The position numbers were made by a program, and so were the translations under genes. DNA of 64,000 bases from Bacteroidales bacterium (GTDB taxonomy: Bacteria; Bacteroidota; Bacteroidia; Bacteroidales; CAIWKO01). The stretch is from contig DAOORA010000002.1 of the NCBI GenBank assembly GCA_035389045.1, positions 14,957-78,956 on the forward strand. The letters are read 5' to 3'. Below, in pieces: positions 26,201 to 33,339 of this stretch. Positions within the stretch are counted from its first letter, which is position 1; each line of letters starts with the position of its first letter. A model generated the notes under the pieces. The model searched no databases. It saw only the letters and a list, made by a program, of their open reading frames with translations, and was not told the origin of the DNA.

Positions 26201-28412
26201 TTTTCAGCAGGCCCACCTGTTCGAGGTTCGGCAAAATAACACGCCACCCCCTGCGTAAATCATAAAGAATTCTGTACGACAGGTATAATTTTAAGGCCTT
26301 TTCATTTTCATTGTATTGATAGCTTCCGGAATCAGCAGCAACCTGGGCATATTCGGTCTGATCCAGATTCAATATGCTAAAAACCTCCTTGTCAATATTT
26401 GTGTAATCCAGGTACTCATTCGCAATAACGGCCTTGTGTATTGCCGACCTGAGCTGTCCCACCTTGATAAAATCATTAAAGTGGCCTGATTGCAGGGCTA
26501 CGTCCTGTCTGATATCCGAAAAACAGAGCAACTTTTGAGATTTGCGGTCATCAATTGCTTTTACCAGTTCTTTAATTATCAGAAACGATAAGATGGTGGT
26601 CGCAGTGCTCCGGCCCTCATTTCCCAGCCGTGCGAGCTTATTGGCTTCTCTGGGGTTTCCTCCTTCAAAAGTTGTCTTGCTGGTGGGATCAAAAGGCAAG
26701 GGGGAAATTATAAACCAACCTTTGATAAAGCCATCTGCGGGGGTGTTTCTAAATTGGCCATCTTTTGAAAAGTATATTGCTACAGGAAGTTTGTGGCGGT
26801 TTTCGGCTTTTATGGTACGTGTCCCGTTTTTCTTGCTGATGTTAAACCACGAATCCGGCAAATACTCCTGATCAACTTCCGGATCCCATACGGCTTCGCT
26901 TCCTTCCTTTTCTAAAATAATATACCCAACGGTAGTGTCCGATTCTTCGTCATCATCGTTTCTTTCCGAATTAAACGGCACAGCCTCTAAGGTAGAGTCT
27001 TCATCATTTTTTTTGACACAGATAAATTCATACCCGGAATAGCGGCTAAAAACTACCTGGAACAGAGGTATTTTTCCCTCGAGCTCACCGGTTTTGTTTT
27101 TTGCCTCCAGCGTGATGATCCTGCTATTGGCATCTTCAAGTGATGTATATACTGAACCGGTTTGTGCAATGAACTGATGAATTTTATATGGGAGATAAGA
27201 ACGCCTCGGCCTGAGTGAGGCAATTTCAACATTGATTTGCTCAGCCCAAAGTAAAAGTTCAACAAGTTTCTTTTGGCATATGTTCCCGTCTAAGCCTGTA
27301 GCATCCTTAAGCTTTTCTGCAATCTCTTTGAAAGTAGATGGTTTGGCACGCATCCATTTATCTTCTTTCTTTTCTAAACAAATATTCCTTTCTATCCATC
27401 GTGCAAGCTTGTTTTCTTTTATAAGTACCTCATCAATGGCATTTGGAATCTCATTTAAAATTTCATTTTTTAATTCTTCGTTGCTCACATCAGCGCCGGG
27501 GAAAGCCTCTCTTATGCTTTCTGTAATGATGTTTTCCCAGGTGAAATTTTGCCCGAAAATTTTGGTGGCCACATTAGCAATTTCTTCTCTTTGCGATTGG
27601 ATAGTGCCTTCTCCCGATGCCATAGTTGCCGATGTGCCGATACAAATGATTTTTTTGCTTACACACTGCGCTTTTATCCTTCTTATCAATAACGCAACAT
27701 CTGCTCCCTGCCTGCCACGGTAGGTATGCAGCTCGTCAAAAACCAGAAACTCACAATTTTTATATAATGCTTCAATGATCCTTTGCTCTTTTGCTCTGGT
27801 AAGAATAAGCTCAAGCATCATATAGTTTGTCAGCAAAATATGCGGAGGCTTTAATCTTAATTGATCACGGCACTCCTCTGATTCCTGGCCGGTATATTTT
27901 CCAAAACTTGGGAAGATGGCGCCGGGATTTTTTTCGTAAATATTTGCAAATTCTGTTAAAGCATTGAATTGAGAGTTAATCAAAGCATTCATAGGATACA
28001 CAATCACTGCTTTGATCCCGGGCTTCTCAATACCATCATTAAAAATTTTATTTAAGATTGTAGCAATGTAAGTCAACGATTTGCCGGAGCCGGTCCCCGA
28101 TGTAACCACAAAACTCTCATCCCTGCAACCCATTTCAATCGCTTCTTTCTGGTGCTGATATAATTCAAAGCCAGAAAAAACGTTCAGCAATTCTTTATTT
28201 AAGGAAAGAGAGCCGGAATTGATCAGGGATTCTATGGTGCCGCCGACCTTGTATGATGGGTTGAATTGGATGAGCGGCTCGGGAATTAATTTCTTCGATA
28301 ACAACTCCGAATTTACTTTTTCACGTATTTTCTCATCCTGTATGTTAAGAAAGCTACTGATGTAAGAACTGTAATTTGAAATAATATTTTCGTGAAGGTT
28401 GAATATATTCAT
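23268..28412 (-). CDS. SF2 DEAD/DEAH-box helicase fused to a DUF1998-like module and a C-terminal Vsr/DUF559-like PD-(D/E)xK nuclease (DrmA+DrmB-like)
   Basis: 1714 aa. Helicase motifs: LYQHQ (Q), VVTSGTGSGKS (I, aa ~104-112), LVFDELHTYRG (II, aa 226-229), GTSATM (III), SPTMELGVDI and ANYAQRSGRAGRSG (V/VI, nt ~25371-25412). The DUF1998-type block is YPYRYLAAEGFLPGYGF (nt ~24715-24762) ... ESAEGSLGV ... AASYTDLLSFFNQRHHKIIDR. The C-terminal block YTIPDFVYNEEIKVCVFCDGTPHD...SDAIKRECLENLGYEVLVW fits the Vsr/DUF559 pattern (pDF ... v.v..DG..H ... D..R...L...G..V). Confidence 0.8.
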   Translation of the reverse strand: MNIFNLHENIISNYSSYISSFLNIQDEKIREKVNSELLSKKLIPEPLIQFNPSYKVGGTIESLINSGSLSLNKELLNVFSGFELYQHQKEAIEMGCRDESFVVTSGTGSGKSLTYIATILNKIFNDGIEKPGIKAVIVYPMNALINSQFNALTEFANIYEKNPGAIFPSFGKYTGQESEECRDQLRLKPPHILLTNYMMLELILTRAKEQRIIEALYKNCEFLVFDELHTYRGRQGADVALLIRRIKAQCVSKKIICIGTSATMASGEGTIQSQREEIANVATKIFGQNFTWENIITESIREAFPGADVSNEELKNEILNEIPNAIDEVLIKENKLARWIERNICLEKKEDKWMRAKPSTFKEIAEKLKDATGLDGNICQKKLVELLLWAEQINVEIASLRPRRSYLPYKIHQFIAQTGSVYTSLEDANSRIITLEAKNKTGELEGKIPLFQVVFSRYSGYEFICVKKNDEDSTLEAVPFNSERNDDDEESDTTVGYIILEKEGSEAVWDPEVDQEYLPDSWFNISKKNGTRTIKAENRHKLPVAIYFSKDGQFRNTPADGFIKGWFIISPLPFDPTSKTTFEGGNPREANKLARLGNEGRSTATTILSFLIIKELVKAIDDRKSQKLLCFSDIRQDVALQSGHFNDFIKVGQLRSAIHKAVIANEYLDYTNIDKEVFSILNLDQTEYAQVAADSGSYQYNENEKALKLYLSYRILYDLRRGWRVILPNLEQVGLLKIDYKGLAEDVKKDKWNALPNFEKFSKEKQLYILFQTLEFFRTSFAFHFNLYDNHEVNKKVISENLKEPWTLDKTDDLRVPNYLRVYKPYSKRQNIHTQSISAQSAYGKFIKAQFKSIGEDIKGEELNNWIATLLNLLSSSGILRKREGLLDQDLYQLNGNHVLWAKGDEQTPWYDQVRIRTRKQGERTVNTFFQDFYKQDFGKMKPIRSAEHTGQVKNEKRRKAEEDFIKGDVSALYCSPTMELGVDISELNIVQMRNVPPNPANYAQRSGRAGRSGQAALIVTYCSNTNPHDRHYFENRIEMVSGIVSPPKLDLNQEELLRSHLNALFLSRTNLGALNDSIEDILEMDADPIGLSLKQETKNAIHLEKEVIEDLERIYTRAIADIVPNLEKLPSTWYKSDWVKRKLAQAPESFDRAIDRWREIYKKCVEQLQASSQILGDPRIPRTDERKRNAENDRRYAEKQIELLRNKTTGSNNQLSEFYPYRYLAAEGFLPGYGFTKLPVRLFVPSDGGEYISRPKFIALREFGPHNTIYHSGGKYKVNQMLWSEMDNPMVSAKISTASGYILIGADTQRNVCPVTGADLTENANRKVISDMIEIRESRADVNDRITCEEEERQILGYDITTAFYLQSGLNNIEEILVKVDGEIFLRMQYLPAARIVLINNKWRVSKEGDGFLMGKKTGFWKRPAQLENRTQNAEEVQRIKLYAENTADALYIQPTKNLNLHPFDAGVTTLMYAIKRGFETLFQVESNEIGVSLMGTSEEPNMLLYESAEGSLGVIAQMVKDVSYFKKLIQSAWEICHFNKSEEEQQQFGAASYTDLLSFFNQRHHKIIDRYLIKNALETLMNANVEIKRSSLYKDYEHQYQELLKNIDPKSSTELKFLQYLYRNHLRLPDLTQVNMAKYGCYTIPDFVYNEEIKVCVFCDGTPHDIPKVAESDAIKRECLENLGYEVLVWHYLTPLDEFVKLYPHVFKTVKN

Positions 28413-28614
28413 AGTTTATGTTTTCTTTTATCAAGCTTATTATAATTGTAAAATCAGGATAGGCCTGATTGCAATTATACAAAAAATAAAGAAACAAAAA
28501 GAAATAATATTAATATTTAATTGTTGCTGGAGTGCGGCAGGGGATATTTTTAAGACAGCCGGGGTAAAATGGCTTTTTGCGCGCAGGTATTTTGCCCGGG
28601 AGCTGTAGCATAGT

Positions 28615-28878
28615 TTGCTCCGGAATAGCCAGCAACTGGTATGCATGGTTCATGCCAGGTCCAAGTTCAAGCACGACAAAGACAATGATCCCGTATTGGT
28701 CCCGCAGATAATGTCAATGTTCCATGATCTATATGAAATCGAGCGCGAAGCTCGCGAGAAAAACATATCGAATGATGAAATAAAAGCTTTGCGCTTGCTA
28801 AACGCGACCGATATTCTTACGGATATGAAAGCCTGGCTTGACGACAAGTTGCTTACCGTGCCTCCCAAAAGTGGTTGA
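28615..28878 (+). pseudogene. IS66-family transposase C-terminal remnant
   Basis: The 87-aa ORF LVCMVHARSKFKHD...MFHDLYEIEREAREKNISNDEIKALRLLNATDILTDMKAWLDDKLLTVPPKSG matches the IS66 TnpC C-terminal pattern (CwAHaRRkF ... LY.iE ... R ... P.l..l..WL......v.Pks). No N-terminal or catalytic part is present. A second ARRYF-like scrap lies just upstream in another frame (~28560-28608). Confidence 0.6.
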
Positions 28879-29022
28879 GTTAAAAAGTTGGATGTATTTT
28901 ACTATTTTCAAATCAATCAACTTTTCTTTGAAGAAGTTTTGAATAACTTTTTGTCACTCATGACTTGGTTAATATTTGAAACAAGAATGGGTAAACTTTC
29001 CTACTTAGTCTTGTTTCTCAAT

Positions 29023-29083
29023 GTTTACGATATGCATTAGATCAATCGTAAACTATCGTAAACAATTAATGAATGTTTACGAT
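29023..29083. repeat. Cluster of four 9-bp GTTTACGAT motifs, outer pair direct and inner pair inverted (candidate protein-binding sites)
   Basis: GTTTACGAT occurs at 29023..29031 and 29075..29083. Its complement ATCGTAAAC occurs at 29045..29053 and 29055..29063. A partial copy, TACGATTTG, recurs at ~29299..29307. Confidence 0.45.
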
Positions 29084-29613
29084 TTGGTCAAAATCAAAAA
29101 TAATATATGATAATCATTTTTACTTCTTTATTTAAGAAACATTAATCTGCTTCGTATCAATTATCATTAATGAAATTTATTATGAAAAACTAAAGTTTTG
29201 ACATAAACACATACATTATAGAAAAAATCAATGTTGATTTTTACAAATCCAAAATATTATTGTAATAAAAACATAAATAAAATTGATTATAACAAGTATA
29301 CGATTTGAGTGGCCTTTTGAAAATAGATTATAAATTGTTATTGAAAAAGGCCATTCTAAAAAATATTTATAAAAAACTTACATGAAAATACTAATTTACA
29401 CACGCGTAATAAAAATATACGTGATATGTTTTAACCTTGCTTAAGGTCGTTCATATTTATGGTGGTTCGAGCCCGGTTACAAACTGACTCTGATTTCTTA
29501 AGCACACATACGTGAGTCTTGAACTCGAAGAGGAAATTGTTTTATAAAAAAACATCTTCATAATTGATTTTATTCTGATTTCTTATGAACTCAAAGTGAT
29601 ATTGTATTTTTTT

Positions 29614-29693
29614 TTATCTTCTTAAAACGCATACAAGTAGCTGTTTGTTAATTTTATCTTCTTAAAACGCATGTAAGTAGCTGTTTGTTAATT
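29614..29693. repeat. Tandem direct repeat, 2 x 40 bp
   Basis: TTATCTTCTTAAAACGCATACAAGTAGCTGTTTGTTAATT is followed immediately by TTATCTTCTTAAAACGCATGTAAGTAGCTGTTTGTTAATT (2 adjacent mismatches). Related CTGATTTCTTA(A/T)G motifs occur at ~29491 and ~29573. Confidence 0.7.
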
Positions 29694-29741
29694 TGTTGCG
29701 ATTATTGAGGAAATGATTTATAGAGGAAATACTAATTTATA

Positions 29742-29772
29742 TTTGGAAATATATTTTTTTTTATTACCTTTG
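29742..29772 (+). promoter_or_regulatory. Candidate Bacteroidota sigma-A-type promoter for the 29806 gene
   Basis: TTTG (29742..29745), a 19-nt spacer, then TACCTTTG (29765..29772). This matches the -33 TTTG / -7 TAnnTTTG consensus and lies ~33 nt upstream of the ATG. Confidence 0.35.
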
Positions 29773-29805
29773 GCAAATGAAAATTAATTAAAATCATTTA
29801 ATGTA

Positions 29806-30729
29806 ATGAACCAATTATCTGAACCCGAGTATTTAAAACTATTTCCCATAGAAAAAATGAGGGAACTATATCCAAAAATAAGTGAGCAAATTATTCCATT
29901 ATCTGTAACCGGAATCTCACCACGTACTTTTTTTAGCTGGAAACAACACGGTATAATAGATTATCCTGATAATATGCGCGTTAAGTTAAACCTGTTTCAA
30001 TACACCTGGATGATGGTGTGCGTTACTCTTCGTGATTTTGGAGTTTCATTAAAAATTATGAAGGAAGTGAAACAGAGCATGTTCGAGGATATGGGGATGT
30101 CTCTTCTTGAGAGAAAAGATGAAATCCTTAAACTCATTTATAAAAATGAACATAAGGACCCAAATTTGGCCAGTATTTCAAAGATGATATACCCTATACT
30201 TGAAAAAGAATACCAAAATTTTGCTCAAGAATTCAGAATATATACTTCGGTTTTAGGGGCTGCAATCGGAGCTATTTTACTGTTGAATAGGGAAGCTACC
30301 ATAGTTATTACTAAAAATAAAAAAGAGGTCGGATTCGAAGTCATTAATTATAAATCTCTCAGTGAGTTTAGCGAAAGAACAGCTGAATATCATGATAAAC
30401 CGCACCTTTTGATACCTATGAGTGGAATCATTGCTGATTTTTTAACTACAACTAAAAACGAAAAATATATAGCCAAGTTGGAATTACTGACCAAGGATGA
30501 AAAAAAAGTAATTGACATCATTAGAAGCAAGGACTTTTATGATCTCAGAATAAAAAAAATCAATGATGAAAAGGAACTTAAAATAACCAAATCAAAAGAA
30601 AAGGATATTAAGGGCGCTCAGGTAAATGAGATTGTAAGAATTTTGGGATTAAATCAATATGAAGAAGTAACAATGCATTTGAGAAGTAAAGAACACATTC
30701 ATTTTAAATGTAAAGCAACATGCAAATAA
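29806..30729 (+). CDS. Hypothetical protein with an N-terminal HTH-like segment (mobile-element associated)
   Basis: 307-aa ORF. The N-terminal LSVTGISPRTFFSWKQHGIIDYP resembles MerR/excisionase-type HTH motifs. The rest has no recognisable motif. It sits directly upstream of the serine recombinase. Confidence 0.4.
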   Translation: MNQLSEPEYLKLFPIEKMRELYPKISEQIIPLSVTGISPRTFFSWKQHGIIDYPDNMRVKLNLFQYTWMMVCVTLRDFGVSLKIMKEVKQSMFEDMGMSLLERKDEILKLIYKNEHKDPNLASISKMIYPILEKEYQNFAQEFRIYTSVLGAAIGAILLLNREATIVITKNKKEVGFEVINYKSLSEFSERTAEYHDKPHLLIPMSGIIADFLTTTKNEKYIAKLELLTKDEKKVIDIIRSKDFYDLRIKKINDEKELKITKSKEKDIKGAQVNEIVRILGLNQYEEVTMHLRSKEHIHFKCKATCK

Positions 30730-30955
30730 ATGTCCCGGGTCACCCGGGGCAAAGTAATATAACGGCCAAATCCCCCTGGAAAGGGTGTTTGTCTGCATCT
30801 TATAAACTAAATGTTATCCTATGAGAAATGTAAACAAATTCTAAGAATTGAAAATGAAAAAATCAGCGAGGAGGAAGTAATAGCGTTTCGGAATATGCTC
30901 TATGCAATAGCTGAAACCGCAATCGAAACTTTTATAATTAAGGAGGGACAGAAAC

Positions 30956-32515
30956 ATGAAAACTGCAGCGATCATGAGCCGTGTGAGCTCGGATGAACAG
31001 GCAAAAGGGTATTCTCTGGATGTTCAGGAAGAAGAATTAATAAAACATTGCAATAATCATAATATTAAGGTAGAATACGCTTTTAGGGAAGATCATTCTG
31101 CAAAAACTTTTGACCGCCCGAAATTCAAGGAATTTAAAAGCCTGGTTGCTTCCGGGAAATTAAAAGTTGATTTGCTGCTATTTACATCGTGGGATAGGTT
31201 TTCCAGGAATATCCGTGAGTCTCTTGAAATAATTGAATGGTTGAAAAAACATGGCATTACAGCAGCAGCTGTTGAGCAACCTTTGGATATGAGTGTCCCT
31301 GAAAACCTTGCTATGCTTGCCATTTACCTTGCCTTTCCGGAGATAGACAATAAGAGACGCTCTATAAAGATCAGAGGAGGCATAAGAGAAGCCCTAAAAT
31401 GTGGCAGATGGGTACGGAAAGCTCCAATAGGTTATAAAAATTCACGTGATGAACAGAATAAGCCGATAATTGTACCATCAGATAAAGCCCCTTTAGTTAA
31501 ATTGGCCTATACTTTAATTGCAGCCAATATGGAACAGGCAAAAGTAAGATTGACTCTTGAGAAAAAAGGTTTAAAATTAAGTCGTTCAAATCTCTCAAGA
31601 CTATTAAGAAACATTGTATACATTGGGAAAATAATAGTTCCGGCATCCGTTAACGAGCCTGCCGCAATTGTGAATGGGTTACATGAATCAATAATTTCGG
31701 AAAGTCTATTTTATAAGGTACAGAATATTTTAAATGGCCGTGTACTAAGTAAAAACAAAGCGAAATTTTATGTAAAAAGGCCGGAATTACCATTAAGGGG
31801 AAGCCTTTTATGCTCAACATGCGGAAATAAACTCACAGGGAGCGCCTCCAGAAGTAAAACCGGGGAGCTTCACTTTTATTACCATTGTAATCACTGTCAT
31901 AAAGAACGGCATCGGGCCATTTCCGTGAATGAATCAGTATCAGAACTAATGAAAAGCCTAAAGTTTAAAGGGACCTGCAATGATCTTTACAGAATGATTC
32001 TTGAGGATGTCCTCCATGAAAAGCGAGTGGAAATGAAAGCTACATCATCAGTCAATGAGAAGAAATATAATGAAATATGCCAAAGGATAGAGAAGCTGCA
32101 GGATATGCTAATAGATGGTGTTGTATCAAATAATGATTACCTTCAAATGAAAACCCGTTATGAAGGAGAAAGGAATAAAATCGAACTTAGTCTAAAACAA
32201 ATCAAAACTAATGACCATTCGCTGCAAGTCAAATTAAACAAGTGTTTTAACGTTCTATCACACCTTGATGAACTTTATGAAAAAGCCAATCATGATAACA
32301 AAAAGCGACTTGTAAGTTCGATTTTTCCAGATAAAATCATTTTTGACGGAAAAAAAAGTCGAACTCCGAGAATGAATGAGGTTCTCCGCCTGTGCACCTT
32401 AATTAACAAGGCTTCCGGGAAAAATAAAACGGGACAAAGTACTGAAAAACGTACTGTGTCCCGTCAGGTGGAGCGTATGGGAGTCGAACCCATGACCTTC
32501 AGACTGCCAGTCTGA
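30956..32515 (+). CDS. Large serine recombinase (integrase)
   Basis: 519 aa. The resolvase catalytic N-terminus is MKTAAIMSRVSSDEQAKGYSLDVQ (R-V-S-S-x-x-Q nucleophile motif). The recombinase domain contains GRWVRKAPIGYK. The zinc ribbon is CSTCGNKLTG...YYHCNHC. A C-terminal coiled-coil-like region follows. The last ~15 codons (..VERMGVEPMTFRLPV*) are encoded by the complementary strand of tRNA-Ala. Confidence 0.85.
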   Translation: MKTAAIMSRVSSDEQAKGYSLDVQEEELIKHCNNHNIKVEYAFREDHSAKTFDRPKFKEFKSLVASGKLKVDLLLFTSWDRFSRNIRESLEIIEWLKKHGITAAAVEQPLDMSVPENLAMLAIYLAFPEIDNKRRSIKIRGGIREALKCGRWVRKAPIGYKNSRDEQNKPIIVPSDKAPLVKLAYTLIAANMEQAKVRLTLEKKGLKLSRSNLSRLLRNIVYIGKIIVPASVNEPAAIVNGLHESIISESLFYKVQNILNGRVLSKNKAKFYVKRPELPLRGSLLCSTCGNKLTGSASRSKTGELHFYYHCNHCHKERHRAISVNESVSELMKSLKFKGTCNDLYRMILEDVLHEKRVEMKATSSVNEKKYNEICQRIEKLQDMLIDGVVSNNDYLQMKTRYEGERNKIELSLKQIKTNDHSLQVKLNKCFNVLSHLDELYEKANHDNKKRLVSSIFPDKIIFDGKKSRTPRMNEVLRLCTLINKASGKNKTGQSTEKRTVSRQVERMGVEPMTFRLPV

Positions 32516-32542
32516 CACTCTAGCCAACTGAGCTAACGCCCC
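32469..32542 (-). tRNA. tRNA-Ala (anticodon GGC)
   Basis: The reverse complement reads GGGGCGTTAGCTCAGTTGGCTAGAGTGTCAGACTGGCAGTCTGAAGGTCATGGGTTCGACTCCCATACGCTCCA. It has a full cloverleaf, the anticodon loop CTGGCAG, the G3:U70 alanine identity pair and a GGTTCGA T-loop. CCA is not encoded. Confidence 0.9.
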
Positions 32543-32553
32543 AAAATGAAGTG

Positions 32554-32561
32554 CAAAAGTA
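32554..32561 (-). promoter_or_regulatory. Candidate -7 promoter element (TAnnTTTG) for tRNA-Ala
   Basis: The minus strand reads TACTTTTG ~12 nt upstream of tRNA position 1, with a TTTG ~21 nt further upstream. Confidence 0.4.
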
Positions 32562-32604
32562 AAAATTTTATTCATATTTTTACAAAAAGTTTTATTTTTT
32601 TAGT

Positions 32605-33156
32605 TTGAAAAGAATTTTTGCAGCGGTAAAAATTGAGCCTCAACCAGAGTTGACAGCATTCTTGGGAAAACTTAGAATGTACCTCGCAGACAGCGATATT
32701 AAATGGGTTGAGCTAAAGAACCTGCATCTCACATTGAAATTTTTCGGTGAAACATCTGATGATAAAATACCTCTGATCGCTGAAGTTATGAAAAAAGTCA
32801 CCTGTACACCTTTCGTTTTGGTATTAGGAAATCTAAAAATCTTCGGAAGCCGTTATCAGCCACGTGTGCTATTTCTGGAAGCCATGAACGCAGAGCCATT
32901 TGTAGATCTTAGAAACCAGGTTGATGAACAAATAAAACTTTTAGGCTATGAACCCGACAGGCAAAATTTTGTACCCCATCTTACCATAGGGCGCATTAAA
33001 AAAATCTCTGATAAAAAATATTTTCAGCAGAACATCAGTAATTTTTCGGATAAAACCTTACAATTTCAGCAAGTATCTGCTTTCTATCTTATCGAAAGTA
33101 TTTTACATTCATCAGGTCCGGAATATAATGTTTTGGCATCCTTTGCTTTAGAATAA
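32605..33156 (+). CDS. thpR: RNA 2',3'-cyclic phosphodiesterase (2H family, LigT/ThpR)
   Basis: 183 aa with the two HxTx motifs of the 2H phosphoesterase family: NLHLTLKFFG and VPHLTIGRIK. The apparent start is TTG. Confidence 0.75.
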   Translation: MKRIFAAVKIEPQPELTAFLGKLRMYLADSDIKWVELKNLHLTLKFFGETSDDKIPLIAEVMKKVTCTPFVLVLGNLKIFGSRYQPRVLFLEAMNAEPFVDLRNQVDEQIKLLGYEPDRQNFVPHLTIGRIKKISDKKYFQQNISNFSDKTLQFQQVSAFYLIESILHSSGPEYNVLASFALE

Positions 33157-33190
33157 TTTTGAAAAATTGTTTTTTTAATTGATTTTTTTG

Positions 33191-33198
33191 TAAATTTG
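33191..33198 (+). promoter_or_regulatory. Candidate -7 promoter element (TAnnTTTG) for tRNA-Gln
   Basis: TAAATTTG lies 11 nt upstream of the tRNA 5' end. Confidence 0.4.
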
Positions 33199-33208
33199 CA
33201 CCCGCAAT

Positions 33209-33281
33209 TGTCCTATGGTGTAACTGGCAACACGTCTGATTTTGGTTCAGAAGAGTTCAGGTTCGAGTCCTGATAGGACAA
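33209..33281 (+). tRNA. tRNA-Gln (anticodon TTG)
   Basis: TGTCCTA TG GTGT AACTGGCA ACAC G TCTGA TTTTGGT TCAGA AGAGT TCAGG TTCGAGT CCTGA TAGGACA A. All four stems pair, a U1:A72 pair is present as in bacterial tRNA-Gln, and the anticodon loop is TTTTGGT. Confidence 0.85.
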
Positions 33282-33304
33282 CAGAAAAAAATGGAAAAGT
33301 TGTT

Positions 33305-33330
33305 GAGGGGACTTGCGTCCCCTCTTTTAT
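33305..33330 (+). terminator. Stem-loop plus T-run between tRNA-Gln and rimP (terminator/attenuator-like)
   Basis: GAGGGGA-cttgcg-TCCCCTC followed by TTTTATT. It ends 10 nt before the rimP ATG. Confidence 0.5.
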
Positions 33331-33339
33331 TAACATATT

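Noticed and set aside
29459-29478. GGTGGTTCGAGCCCGG string resembling a tRNA T-arm; considered as the left att/tRNA-fragment of the integrative element
   Set aside because: There is no complementary T-stem or acceptor stem around it, and the sequence differs from tRNA-Ala (GGGTTCGACTCCC). The resemblance is probably chance.
29614-29693. Tandem 40-bp repeats considered as a CRISPR array
   Set aside because: There are only two directly abutting copies with no spacers, and no cas genes are in the window.
30811-30996. 61-aa ORF just upstream of and overlapping the serine recombinase start by 41 nt
   Set aside because: It is short and has no motif. Its tail overlaps the well-supported recombinase N-terminus in another frame. 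It could be a small regulator or RDF, but I cannot support that from sequence alone.
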